From contig JAPLKB010000059.1 in the NCBI GenBank assembly GCA_026388275.1, positions 28,155 through 92,154 of the forward strand: a DNA stretch of 64,000 nucleotides. The letters run 5' to 3'. This document shows, one piece after another, positions 19,068 to 27,179 of the stretch (position 1 is its first letter; each line of letters opens with the position of its first letter). The notes below the pieces were generated by a model. It did no database searches, was not told the DNA's origin, and was given only the letters and a program-made list of their open reading frames with translations. The position numbers and the translations under genes are program-made. Source of the stretch: Pseudomonadota bacterium (lineage in GTDB: Bacteria; Desulfobacterota; Syntrophorhabdia; Syntrophorhabdales; Syntrophorhabdaceae).

Positions 19068-20612
19068 ATGGGTATGGAAAATCTACTTATTAATAATATG
19101 TTTACGGGATTCAACGGTTCGGTAAATATGAATCAGTCTGATGGACAAGCGGCTTCTCTGGAAGGAGACTCTAAAAATTTTATGAGTGTCCTTAATAACA
19201 TTATGAATGCCGGTTGTTTAAAAGAGGATGTAATGGGGATGGGAAACAGTATTGTTTCCCAACAGCCTTGCATACAGTATATATACCCGTTACTTCTGGG
19301 TTTATTACAGAATATCTCCAATACACAGACAGGAAAAGACGCAGGTATTGTCAGCGGCGATCCTTCGCAGCAACAATTGAATGGAGGAGGTGACGGCAGC
19401 GAAGCCGATGATAAAAATACTGTCGATATTGATGTTACCGGAATGGAGATGGCACAAGTTCAAGCCTTGCTGCTTCTTCTTAACAATATTTCTCAAACAC
19501 TAAGCAAAAAATATGGTGATCCCGATATTGCTGAAACTGTCGGAGAAAACCTCTCTGATGATAATTCAATATCTGCTGAAAACATAAACGAAAGCCTCAG
19601 GGAAGGAAAGGACGTAAAATTTTTGTTTGACGGATTGTCTAAAATCACATTAAAGGGCGAGACCGAAAAATCCGTGTCGCAGCAGTTACCGGAGAGCATT
19701 GCAGCTATGCCGGTTATAAATAATGTGTATTTTAACAAAGACCAAACCCTCAATAAGGATGCAAAAAGTGATGATTCTGATACTTCTTCATTAGAAGAAA
19801 GGATTTTTATAAACAATATATTGAGCAGAGAAAAAATATTATCAGCAAGCAATCAAAAAAAGCCGCTTATTGAAGTGAGCAGTGATGTGCAGGACAACAT
19901 CGAAGTTTTAGCGAGAAACATTGCCAATGCTTTAAATCAGGGAAAAAACAGCAGCAAAGAAGCATTTTTTGCGAAATACCAGAAGGCTGATTTGAATGCC
20001 GGGTATTCCGGAAGCAAAGATAACAGTACCCAGGCATTATTTGCTCAAGTGGAAAAAAAGTTCGATGAGTCAGCAATAACCCGGGAAAAGGATTTTACGG
20101 ATATACAGAGCAAGGATCTGAAATTAGTATCTAAAGATGATGATTATATGTCTTTTTCAAAACAGGACAATTTTGACAACGCACTTGTCAGGGAAGCGCA
20201 GAGCAATAAAATTGTGAAGGAAACCTTATTCTCATCCGTTATGACAGAAAAAATAGAGAAAATTGTTGAACAGTACTCAACCAAAAGCCAATCCATGGAT
20301 ATGATTGTCAGGTTAAAAATCAATGATAATGACACGTTATTGGTTGGGCTGAAAAACGATGGACAAAGGGTTATGGTCGATGTCAAGACAACAAACGGAA
20401 ACCTTATAAACATATTACAAACTCAGAAGAATGATATCATCCATAACCTGGAAGAAAAGAATATATATACAAATATTTTTGTTGATCCTGATGGCAACGG
20501 CAGTTTTGAGAGAAGAGAAGCGAGACAGGAAAATCAGAGGAATTCCAAAGAAAAGGCAAAACAGGATGATTTTATAGAATTCTTAGAAGCATCAGTACAA
20601 GGGGGTGCATAA
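19068..20612 (+). CDS. fliK: Flagellar hook-length control protein FliK
   Basis: 514 aa. It is low-complexity and acidic with an S/N/Q-rich body. The C-terminal Flg_hook-like block is MDMIVRLKINDNDTLLVGLKNDGQRVMVDVKTTNGNLINILQTQKNDIIHNLEE. It lies between fliJ and flgD. Confidence 0.7.
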   Translation: MGMENLLINNMFTGFNGSVNMNQSDGQAASLEGDSKNFMSVLNNIMNAGCLKEDVMGMGNSIVSQQPCIQYIYPLLLGLLQNISNTQTGKDAGIVSGDPSQQQLNGGGDGSEADDKNTVDIDVTGMEMAQVQALLLLLNNISQTLSKKYGDPDIAETVGENLSDDNSISAENINESLREGKDVKFLFDGLSKITLKGETEKSVSQQLPESIAAMPVINNVYFNKDQTLNKDAKSDDSDTSSLEERIFINNILSREKILSASNQKKPLIEVSSDVQDNIEVLARNIANALNQGKNSSKEAFFAKYQKADLNAGYSGSKDNSTQALFAQVEKKFDESAITREKDFTDIQSKDLKLVSKDDDYMSFSKQDNFDNALVREAQSNKIVKETLFSSVMTEKIEKIVEQYSTKSQSMDMIVRLKINDNDTLLVGLKNDGQRVMVDVKTTNGNLINILQTQKNDIIHNLEEKNIYTNIFVDPDGNGSFERREARQENQRNSKEKAKQDDFIEFLEASVQGGA

Positions 20613-21238
20613 TGGCAGTAGTACAGGCAGTGAGTGGTGCAACAACAGCATCAACAACAGGATCAGCGACAACATCAAAAGCGACTACAATCGACAAAAA
20701 TGCTTTCCTGAATCTTCTTGTTTCACAGATGAAATACCAGGATCCCTTAGACCCCATGAAAGCAGATCAATTTATGAGCCAGCTTGCGCAGATTACTTCG
20801 GTAGAACAGTTGCAGAACATAGCAAGTTCGCTTGATACGATGAAAACAACAATGGAAAAAGGCAGTGCGACCCAGTGGATTTCGACAATAGGTAAAAAAA
20901 TAAACGTAAACAGCAATGTGCTTGCAAAGGGAGATCAGGTTTATTTAACTCCATCCGGTGATTTCGATAAGGTAGTTTTGACATTAAAAAGCGCAACTGA
21001 TGGTTCCTTAAAAGAGGTGAGCATCAATAAGGGAGAAGCTCTTGTGTACACTTATGATGGTAATGATACTGTGACCATGTCATCCATGGCATACAAAAAC
21101 AATAAATCTATAGGCTGCACACCGAGTGTATATAAAATTGTAAAAGCACTGGATGTGTCGACAAGCGGAACGCCTCTTCTTGTTGTAAACAGCGGAGAAA
21201 GTTATTCGGTAAGTACAGTTAAGCAAATTAAAGAATAG
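20612..21238 (+). CDS. flgD: Flagellar hook capping/assembly protein FlgD
   Basis: 208 aa. IDKNAFLNLLVSQMKYQDPLDPMKADQFMSQLAQITSVEQL is the FlgD signature. Confidence 0.9.
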   Translation: MAVVQAVSGATTASTTGSATTSKATTIDKNAFLNLLVSQMKYQDPLDPMKADQFMSQLAQITSVEQLQNIASSLDTMKTTMEKGSATQWISTIGKKINVNSNVLAKGDQVYLTPSGDFDKVVLTLKSATDGSLKEVSINKGEALVYTYDGNDTVTMSSMAYKNNKSIGCTPSVYKIVKALDVSTSGTPLLVVNSGESYSVSTVKQIKE

Positions 21239-21249
21239 GAGGTATTAAC

Positions 21250-22845
21250 ATGCTGAGTTCATTCTTTTCAGGTATCAGCGGTCTGATGTCCAACACACAA
21301 TCTATTAATGTCGTCGGCAACAATATTGCAAATGTGAATACTGTCGGCTATAAAAGCGCCAGGGCCACGTTTGAGGATGTGTTGTACCAGTCTATCAATG
21401 GCGCTTCGGGTACAAGCCAGGTTGGTAGGGGCACCGCGTTGAGCTCGGTCGATACGTTGTTTGCCCAGGGATCATTTGAAACTACAAGTGAGGCTACAGA
21501 CCTGGCCATAGGCGGGCAGGGTTTCTTTTTAGTCAACTCAGCCGATGATTCTTCGACATATTACACAAGGGCAGGCCAGTTCAGATTTGACAAGGAAGGT
21601 GATATGACCAACCCGGCAGGATATATTCTGCAAGGGAGGGAAATAGACAGGACAACAAACGCACCGAGCGGCGTGGATAAGGACATAGTAATTTCACCTG
21701 AACCAAGCAAGCCAAGGGCAACCGAATTGATCGGCATGGCTTTAAACCTCCAGTCTGATGCAGACTGGAAAGGCACCATAAGTGCTCTTGGCGGAGCAGG
21801 CACGTCTATTTCAACCATTTCCGGGAGTGAAGGTACATACCCGAGGGTTGGTGATTATACTGCAACTATGAGTACAGTAGGCTTAAACAGAGTATTGACA
21901 ATTGTTGTAGCAGACAAAGACCCTGAAGGGGGATTAACAGGAACTACGGAAACATATTCAGACACTGTAGCGGCTGGCTTACCCTACACGGATTTTGGAG
22001 GTTCGGGACTGGATTTTACAACGGCAGCAGCATTGGGAGCTGATGGTACTGCCCAGACTTTTAGTATATCCGGATTTCAATATGATTATTTGAGTGCTTC
22101 ACAGAACCCGACTTCAACATCCAACTATTCCTCATCCATTACGGCATATGATTCGCTTGGTCAGGGTCATGTTGTGAATGTATATTTCAGAAAGGCATAT
22201 GAAACAACTACGGACCAAAGCGTATGGGAATGGGCGGCTGTTCTGGATTCAGCTGATTCGGTAACAGGTGTGGATACATTGGCGGATTGGGGTACGCTGA
22301 CCTTTAACAACAACGGTACACTAATTGCCGGAGGGGATCCTGTGACGGTTTCCTTTAATTTCTCTCAGGGGGCTGTTCAAGCTCAAGACATAGAACTGGT
22401 CTTTGGTTCAGATTCCGGCGGCGGTACATCAACTCAGTATCCTATTGCGTCTACGACAAATTTTCAGACACAGGACGGTTATCCTCCCGGTGTATTGACA
22501 AATGTAACAGTAAGCGCAGAAGGGATAATTTCAGGCCATTACTCTAATGGGCAGATACTTGACCTTTACCAGATTACGCTTGCTAACTTTAACAATACGC
22601 AGGCATTGAGGAGAGAAGGCGGCAATTTGTTTTCGGAAACTCTTGATTCAGGTCCGGCATATACAAGTGCTGCTGGCAGTGGAGGCCTCGGCAAGATAAA
22701 TCCTAACTCCCTTGAACAGTCGAATGTAGATCTTGCGACGGAGTTCGTAAAGATGATAGTAGCTCAAAGAGGGTTCCAGGCAAACTCACGGGTAATTACA
22801 ACAACTGATGAAGTGCTCCAGGAGCTTATGAACCTGAAGAGATAA
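21250..22845 (+). CDS. flgE: Flagellar hook protein FlgE
   Basis: 531 aa. N-terminal GISGLMSNTQSINVVGNNIANVNTVGYK, and C-terminal SNVDLATEFVKMIVAQRGFQANSRVITTTDEVLQELMNL. Confidence 0.9.
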   Translation: MLSSFFSGISGLMSNTQSINVVGNNIANVNTVGYKSARATFEDVLYQSINGASGTSQVGRGTALSSVDTLFAQGSFETTSEATDLAIGGQGFFLVNSADDSSTYYTRAGQFRFDKEGDMTNPAGYILQGREIDRTTNAPSGVDKDIVISPEPSKPRATELIGMALNLQSDADWKGTISALGGAGTSISTISGSEGTYPRVGDYTATMSTVGLNRVLTIVVADKDPEGGLTGTTETYSDTVAAGLPYTDFGGSGLDFTTAAALGADGTAQTFSISGFQYDYLSASQNPTSTSNYSSSITAYDSLGQGHVVNVYFRKAYETTTDQSVWEWAAVLDSADSVTGVDTLADWGTLTFNNNGTLIAGGDPVTVSFNFSQGAVQAQDIELVFGSDSGGGTSTQYPIASTTNFQTQDGYPPGVLTNVTVSAEGIISGHYSNGQILDLYQITLANFNNTQALRREGGNLFSETLDSGPAYTSAAGSGGLGKINPNSLEQSNVDLATEFVKMIVAQRGFQANSRVITTTDEVLQELMNLKR

Positions 22846-22872
22846 GGTGCAGGTATCTATTATGTCGGATTT

Positions 22873-22930
22873 CAGAAAGTTTTGGAATGGTTTCAAAAAG
22901 TTCTGGAATAGTTACAGAAAGTTTTGCAAT
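22873..22930 (+). repeat. Three 16-bp direct repeats with an exact 21-bp period (CAGAAAGTTTTGGAAT / CAAAAAGTTCTGGAAT / CAGAAAGTTTTGCAAT)
   Basis: Units start at 22873, 22894 and 22915. A degenerate fourth (CGAAAAGTTTGGGAAC) lies at 23023-23038. All lie between the flgE stop and the terminator hairpin. Confidence 0.75.
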
Positions 22931-22941
22931 AGTATTAGTGA

Positions 22942-22977
22942 TAAATGGCCTTCTTCAAAACCGAAGAAGGCCATTTT
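22942..22977 (+). terminator. Rho-independent terminator after flgE
   Basis: A perfect 14-bp stem aaatggccttcttc / gaagaaggccattt with loop aaaacc, running into a T tract (cattttc). Confidence 0.75.
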
Positions 22978-23226
22978 CAGAATCTGTATCATCTTCTTGT
23001 AGACTTTTAGAGAAGTGGATTCCCGAAAAGTTTGGGAACAGGGTAGCCATCAGGCAGGGAGGCCGGCGGTTATTCTTTTTTTATCATTAAAAAATAATAA
23101 GAAATTGAGAATAAATCCGGTGCTTTTACGCTCAGTGACCTTGACCACTCCGATTGAGGAAATCGTTTAACTGGTAAATATAATCGGCAATACAATCGGC
23201 AGAAAGTATCATATTTATTCTTTTAG

Positions 23227-23255
23227 TTGACATAAATATCCTTTGCTGATATATA
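23227..23255 (+). promoter_or_regulatory. Sigma-70-type promoter for the fic gene
   Basis: TTGACA at 23227-23232, a 17-nt spacer ending in TGa, and TATATA at 23250-23255. It lies about 40 nt upstream of the ATG at 23294. Confidence 0.55.
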
Positions 23256-23293
23256 TCTATGTAGTATATTACTTCGGCATCAGGATAGGCAAT

Positions 23294-24511
23294 ATGTACG
23301 ACAGAATATCCCAAATGGAACCTTTGCTCCCATCCGGAGATACTGGTCTCGAAGATATGGCCCGGGAAATCATCGCACGGTCCGCAGCTTTGGGAGGCCA
23401 ACTGCATCCTTTGAGTCAGAGGCCGATAGCTGAATTGCTGCGGCTCGTTAACAGCTATTACTCTAATCTTATCGAGGGACACAGCACTCATCCTGTTGAC
23501 ATCGAGCGGGCAATGCGGAACGATTATGCTGGTGATCCTGTCAAACGGGACCTGCAAATTGAAAGTCTTGCCCATATCGATTGTCAGCGCAAAATCGAGG
23601 CGCTTCTTCAGGACAAACCTGAACTTAACGTGGCGGGTACGGATTTTCTCTGCATGATACATAGAATTTTTTATAACCGGCTTCCCGAGGAATTGTGCCT
23701 GATGAAAGACGAAGAAAATGGCGAGGTGCTGAAAGTAGCCGGTGGGGAGCTGCGGCAGCGGGAGATTCAGGTTGCCCGGCATGTCGGCCCCCTGGCCCAA
23801 TCTTTGCCGGAGTTTCTGGAACGTTTTGCCGGTTTTTATAAAAGCGGAACCTGCCACGGTATTATGCCCATAATAGCTGCTGCTGCCTCTCATCACCGCC
23901 TTATGTGGATTCACCCCTTCCTCGATGGCAATGGCCGGGTGGCAAGGCTTTACACGGACGCATGTTTCCGGAGACTCCCTCTTCCAGGATACGGTTTGTG
24001 GAATGTGAGCCGGGGACTTGCGCGACGCCGCGATGACTATATGGCGGCGCTGACCTGGGCGGACGCATCGCGACGTAACGATTACGACGGCAGAGGAAAT
24101 CTGTCCAATGAGGGACTGGTGAAGTTTTGCAGATTCTTCTTTGATATTTGTCTGGATCAGATCGATTATATGAATAATATACTGAAGTTGGACGGACTAC
24201 TCGAAAGGATAAAAGGGTATGTACAGTTGCGGGGAGCTAAGGTTGCTCCAGCACCAAAGCCTGGGAATCCTATGCTTAAGACGGAGGCTGCGTACATGCT
24301 GCAGGAAGCCCTTCTGCGAGGCGAGGCAACCAGGGGGGACATGATCCGGGTCTCTGGTATGGCGGAACGGACAGGGAGGATGCTGCTGGGACAGTTGCTG
24401 AATGAAGGGTTACTGGTTTCCGATACACCGAAGGGGTTGGTGAGGATAGCCTTCCCGACCTTTGTGGCAGGGTATCTATTCCCGGACCTCTATCCGGCGC
24501 AGGCTGCATGA
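23294..24511 (+). CDS. fic: Fic family protein (AMPylase-type) with an N-terminal inhibitory-helix motif
   Basis: Active-site motif is HPFLDGNGRVARL (HxFx[D/E]GNGRxxR). The N-terminal YYSNLIEGHST carries the S-x-x-x-E-G auto-inhibition motif. Preferred start is MYDRISQ at 23294, behind AGGATAGG; the ORF-track start at 23243 lies in the promoter. Confidence 0.85.
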   Translation: MYDRISQMEPLLPSGDTGLEDMAREIIARSAALGGQLHPLSQRPIAELLRLVNSYYSNLIEGHSTHPVDIERAMRNDYAGDPVKRDLQIESLAHIDCQRKIEALLQDKPELNVAGTDFLCMIHRIFYNRLPEELCLMKDEENGEVLKVAGGELRQREIQVARHVGPLAQSLPEFLERFAGFYKSGTCHGIMPIIAAAASHHRLMWIHPFLDGNGRVARLYTDACFRRLPLPGYGLWNVSRGLARRRDDYMAALTWADASRRNDYDGRGNLSNEGLVKFCRFFFDICLDQIDYMNNILKLDGLLERIKGYVQLRGAKVAPAPKPGNPMLKTEAAYMLQEALLRGEATRGDMIRVSGMAERTGRMLLGQLLNEGLLVSDTPKGLVRIAFPTFVAGYLFPDLYPAQAA

Positions 24512-24512
24512 T

Positions 24513-24722
24513 ATTTTTGGTTTAATATCAAAAAATGGGGCCGAAAAAGAATTTCTTCGATTGCCACAAGCTGAACAGGACAAGATTCGAAACAAGATAC
24601 TCTCCCTGGAAAATAACCCGAAGCCAGTCGGTTCTAAAAAACTTAGAGAAACAAATTATTTCAGAATCAGATCAGGAGACTATAAAGTAATATATAGCGT
24701 TGATGACACTACCTTTCTTGTT
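24513..24722 (+). pseudogene. RelE/ParE-family toxin remnant lacking a start codon and the C-terminal third
   Basis: ISKNGAEKEFLRLPQAEQDKIRNKILSLENNPKPVGSKKLRETNYFRIRSGDYKVIYSVDDTTFLV follows the RelE/ParE pattern (..SKKAEK.L.KLP...Q.RI...I..L..NP.P.GSKKL.G....YRIR.GDYR.IY.ID...). There is no ATG/GTG/TTG at the 5' end. The expected ..L.IGHR.DVY tail is replaced by sequence antisense to hicA. Confidence 0.55.
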
Positions 24723-24943
24723 TATAGCATTCTATTGAATTCATCAATACCAAGACCTGCGGATCTTATGATTGCCCTAAGCGTTCCTCTGTCAAGTTCC
24801 TTATGGTCAGGTACAACTATCTGCCCAAAAGGATTATCTCTTCTTAAGACAATATGACTTCCCTCTTGTCTCTTAAAATAGAATCCGGCCTTGTTTAGTG
24901 CTTTGACGCATTCACGTCCGGAGATTCTTGGCAGATTACTCAT
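24722..24943 (-). CDS. hicA: HicA mRNA-interferase toxin
   Basis: 73 aa. ISGRECVKALNKAGFYFKRQEGSHIVLRR........VPDHKELDRGTLRAIIRSAGL is the HicA/YcfA signature. It overlaps hicB by 4 nt. Confidence 0.9.
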   Translation of the reverse strand: MSNLPRISGRECVKALNKAGFYFKRQEGSHIVLRRDNPFGQIVVPDHKELDRGTLRAIIRSAGLGIDEFNRML

Positions 24944-25146
24944 ACCGCAACAAGTAAGGCATCAAATCTATCTTCGGGAACGGCAAAATTATCTTCTTTA
25001 AGCGCAGATATATAGCCTTGAATTGCCTCTTTGGCATTTTCTATGGCTTCTTCTTTTGTCTTGCCCTGACTTATACAACCTGGTAAGCTTGGACATTCAG
25101 CAACCCACCAGCCATCCTCTCCAGGATAAACAACAACCTGTCTCAT
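24940..25146 (-). CDS. hicB: HicB antitoxin (UPF0150 type)
   Basis: MRQVVVYPGEDGWWVAECPSLPGCISQGKTKEEAIENAKEAIQGYISAL is the HicB N-terminal domain. The start was chosen at the second Met of the track ORF. Confidence 0.85.
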   Translation of the reverse strand: MRQVVVYPGEDGWWVAECPSLPGCISQGKTKEEAIENAKEAIQGYISALKEDNFAVPEDRFDALLVAV

Positions 25147-25321
25147 ATAGCATACCTCCATTCGCTTCTCTATTCTTTTATTATCTCACAATGTATCTGA
25201 TATTCCAAGAAAATCGATTTAACATTTAAATAAAACCTCATTTGGATGAACTTTTAGGCTAAAAGATTTTAATTTGATGACGAGACGAAAAGAACAGAAT
25301 TACCCGTTGAAGCAGAAAACT

Positions 25322-25632
25322 ATTTGCAATCCCTTGGAAAAAAGAGGAAAATAAATTATTCAACTACAATGTTACGGTTCATAAGGTTGCATTTAGTGCC
25401 ATTTTGCATTGAGGTTTTAAATGTTCTTAACTATTCACTATGTCCCGCATAAAGCGGGATTAAACCGTGCACTAACACTATTCACTGTATTTTCGCTCAG
25501 CACGGGGGTTTTATGGGGTTTGGCTATTCACTATCCACTAACGACTATTCACTGTATTTTAAATTCGGCACGGCATTTCAAACTGGTTGCCGGTGAGGCA
25601 TTGGAGTTTTGAAGGATGTCCCGATTTTCCGT
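25322..25632 (+). repeat. Direct repeat copy 1 (~310 bp) upstream of the RhuM-Doc gene
   Basis: It begins atttgcaatcccttggaaaaaagaggaaaataaattattca. It contains gaggttttaaatgttcttaactattcact, gggggttttatggggtttggctattcactatccactaacgactattcactgtattt and attcggca...ttgaaggat. It is colinear with 26879-27148. Confidence 0.85.
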
Positions 25633-25715
25633 CATACAATGTTGTTTAATAGATAGATTATGAGAACACGTCAAGATTATAGCCATAAAAACTACAGAGG
25701 CAGAAAGTCTAACTG

Positions 25716-26714
25716 ATGACGGACAAATCCAGGGGCGAAATCCTCTTTTATAAAACAGAAGACGGCAGTGCAAAACTGGAAGTCCGGCTTGAACAGGAGA
25801 CGATCTGGCTGGATGCCCATCAAATGGGTGTACTCTTTGAAAGGGATCGTTCCGTTATTGTTAAGCATATTCGCAATATCTACAAGAATGAGGAGTTGTC
25901 GCCCGATTCAACCTGTGCAAAAAATGCACAGGTTGCGGCTGACAATAAAACCCGCATAATGGACCTTTATAACCTGGACATGATTATTTCAGTGGGTTAT
26001 AGAGTCAATTCAAGACGGGGTACCCAATTCCGCATCTGGGCAACTCAGGTTCTCAAGGACCATATTATCAAAGGCTATACAATCAATGAAAAACGCCTGA
26101 AAGAACAAAACGAGCGCCTCCGGGAACTTCAGCAAACCATTGACCTTCTTGGCCGTATTGTGGAAGAACGACAATTGGCCGGACAGGAAGCAGAGGGCCT
26201 TCTCAAAGTGGTAAGCGATTATTCTCTGGCTCTAAGACTCCTTGACGATTATGATTACAGCAGACTTGCCATAGGCGATACCACAGAACAGACATGTTTT
26301 ATAATCACCTATGAAGCGGCACGAAAAGCCGTGGATAGGCTTGCAACAACATCGGGCATTAATGGCAGCCACCTCTTTGGTCGTGAAAAAGACGAATCCT
26401 TCCAAAGTTCTATCGGTGCCATCTATCAAACCTTTGAAGGTAAAGAAGTATATCCCAGTATTGAAGAAAAGGCCGCCCATCTACTATATTTTGTGGTTAA
26501 AAATCATTCTTTTGTCGATGGGAATAAACGGATCGCGGCGTCTCTCTTTCTATGGTTTCTTGATGCCAACGGTATTCTCTACCGACAGGATGGCAGCAAA
26601 AGGATAGGCGATAATGCTCTTGTAGCCCTTACGCTTATGATTGCCGAAAGCAGGCCTGAAGAGAAAGATGTGATGATAAGGGTAATTGTAAACCTTATCA
26701 ATAAGAATAATTGA
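25716..26714 (+). CDS. RhuM-family N-terminal domain fused to a Doc-type Fic domain
   Basis: 332 aa. N-terminus reads ILFYKTEDGSAKLEVRLEQETIWLDAHQMGVLFERDRSVIVKHIRNIY...ISVGYRVNSRRGTQFRIWATQVL (RhuM pattern). The C-terminal HSFVDGNKRIAASLFLWFL is the Doc variant motif HxFxDGNKR. Confidence 0.85.
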   Translation: MTDKSRGEILFYKTEDGSAKLEVRLEQETIWLDAHQMGVLFERDRSVIVKHIRNIYKNEELSPDSTCAKNAQVAADNKTRIMDLYNLDMIISVGYRVNSRRGTQFRIWATQVLKDHIIKGYTINEKRLKEQNERLRELQQTIDLLGRIVEERQLAGQEAEGLLKVVSDYSLALRLLDDYDYSRLAIGDTTEQTCFIITYEAARKAVDRLATTSGINGSHLFGREKDESFQSSIGAIYQTFEGKEVYPSIEEKAAHLLYFVVKNHSFVDGNKRIAASLFLWFLDANGILYRQDGSKRIGDNALVALTLMIAESRPEEKDVMIRVIVNLINKNN

Positions 26715-26878
26715 ATGAGATCGAGTGGGAAAAAGTGAGCCAAGTGAAGACAGATAGGAGTTTATATGATATTGTTAGGCATTCGAATTAACAAGATGCC
26801 CCCTAAAAAGATTAAATTGAAAAAGGCTCAATAAAAAAAGCTTGTGGAAACGTGGTAATAAGTAATATAGGCTCATAT

Positions 26879-27148
26879 CATTTGCAATCCCTTGAAAAAA
26901 ATAGGAAAATAAATTATTCAAATCAAAGTTTCAGAGCATATGGGGCCATTTGGCAGCGAGGTTTTAAATGTTCTTAACTATTTACTGTTAACTAACGACT
27001 ATTCACTGTTTTTTCACTCGGCGCGGGGGTTTTATGGGGTTTGGCTATTCACTATCCACTAACGACTATTCACTGTATTTCGGATTCGGCAAAGTATTTC
27101 CAATCACTGGCGGGGAGTTATCGGTTGAAGAATACTCCCATTGTCCAG
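26879..27148 (+). repeat. Direct repeat copy 2 (~270 bp) immediately upstream of dcm
   Basis: It begins atttgcaatcccttgaaaaaaataggaaaataaattattca and shares the same internal blocks as 25322-25632. It lacks the TCCCGC hairpin segment present in copy 1. Confidence 0.85.
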
Positions 27149-27179
27149 ATTTATGGCAAACACTTTGGTATAAGACTAT

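Noticed and set aside
22887-23090. 67-aa ORF between flgE and fic
   Set aside because: It spans the phased repeats and the terminator hairpin, and has no ribosome-binding site or family resemblance.
23132-23914. 260-aa reverse-strand ORF overlapping the 5' half of fic
   Set aside because: It is entirely antisense to a gene with unambiguous Fic motifs. It has no recognisable family pattern and no ribosome-binding site, so it is most likely a shadow ORF in GC-richer DNA.
18461-25485. Possibility that gtcccgcat.aagcgggattaaac is a CRISPR repeat
   Set aside because: There are only two copies, 7 kb apart. There is no regular repeat-spacer periodicity and no cas genes in the window. The surrounding TATTCAC words are irregularly spaced.
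26766-26834. 22-codon ORF (MILLGIRINKMPPKKIKLKKAQ) behind a GGAG-like site after the RhuM-Doc gene
   Set aside because: It is too short and compositionally ordinary to support, and there is no evidence of conservation from a single sequence.
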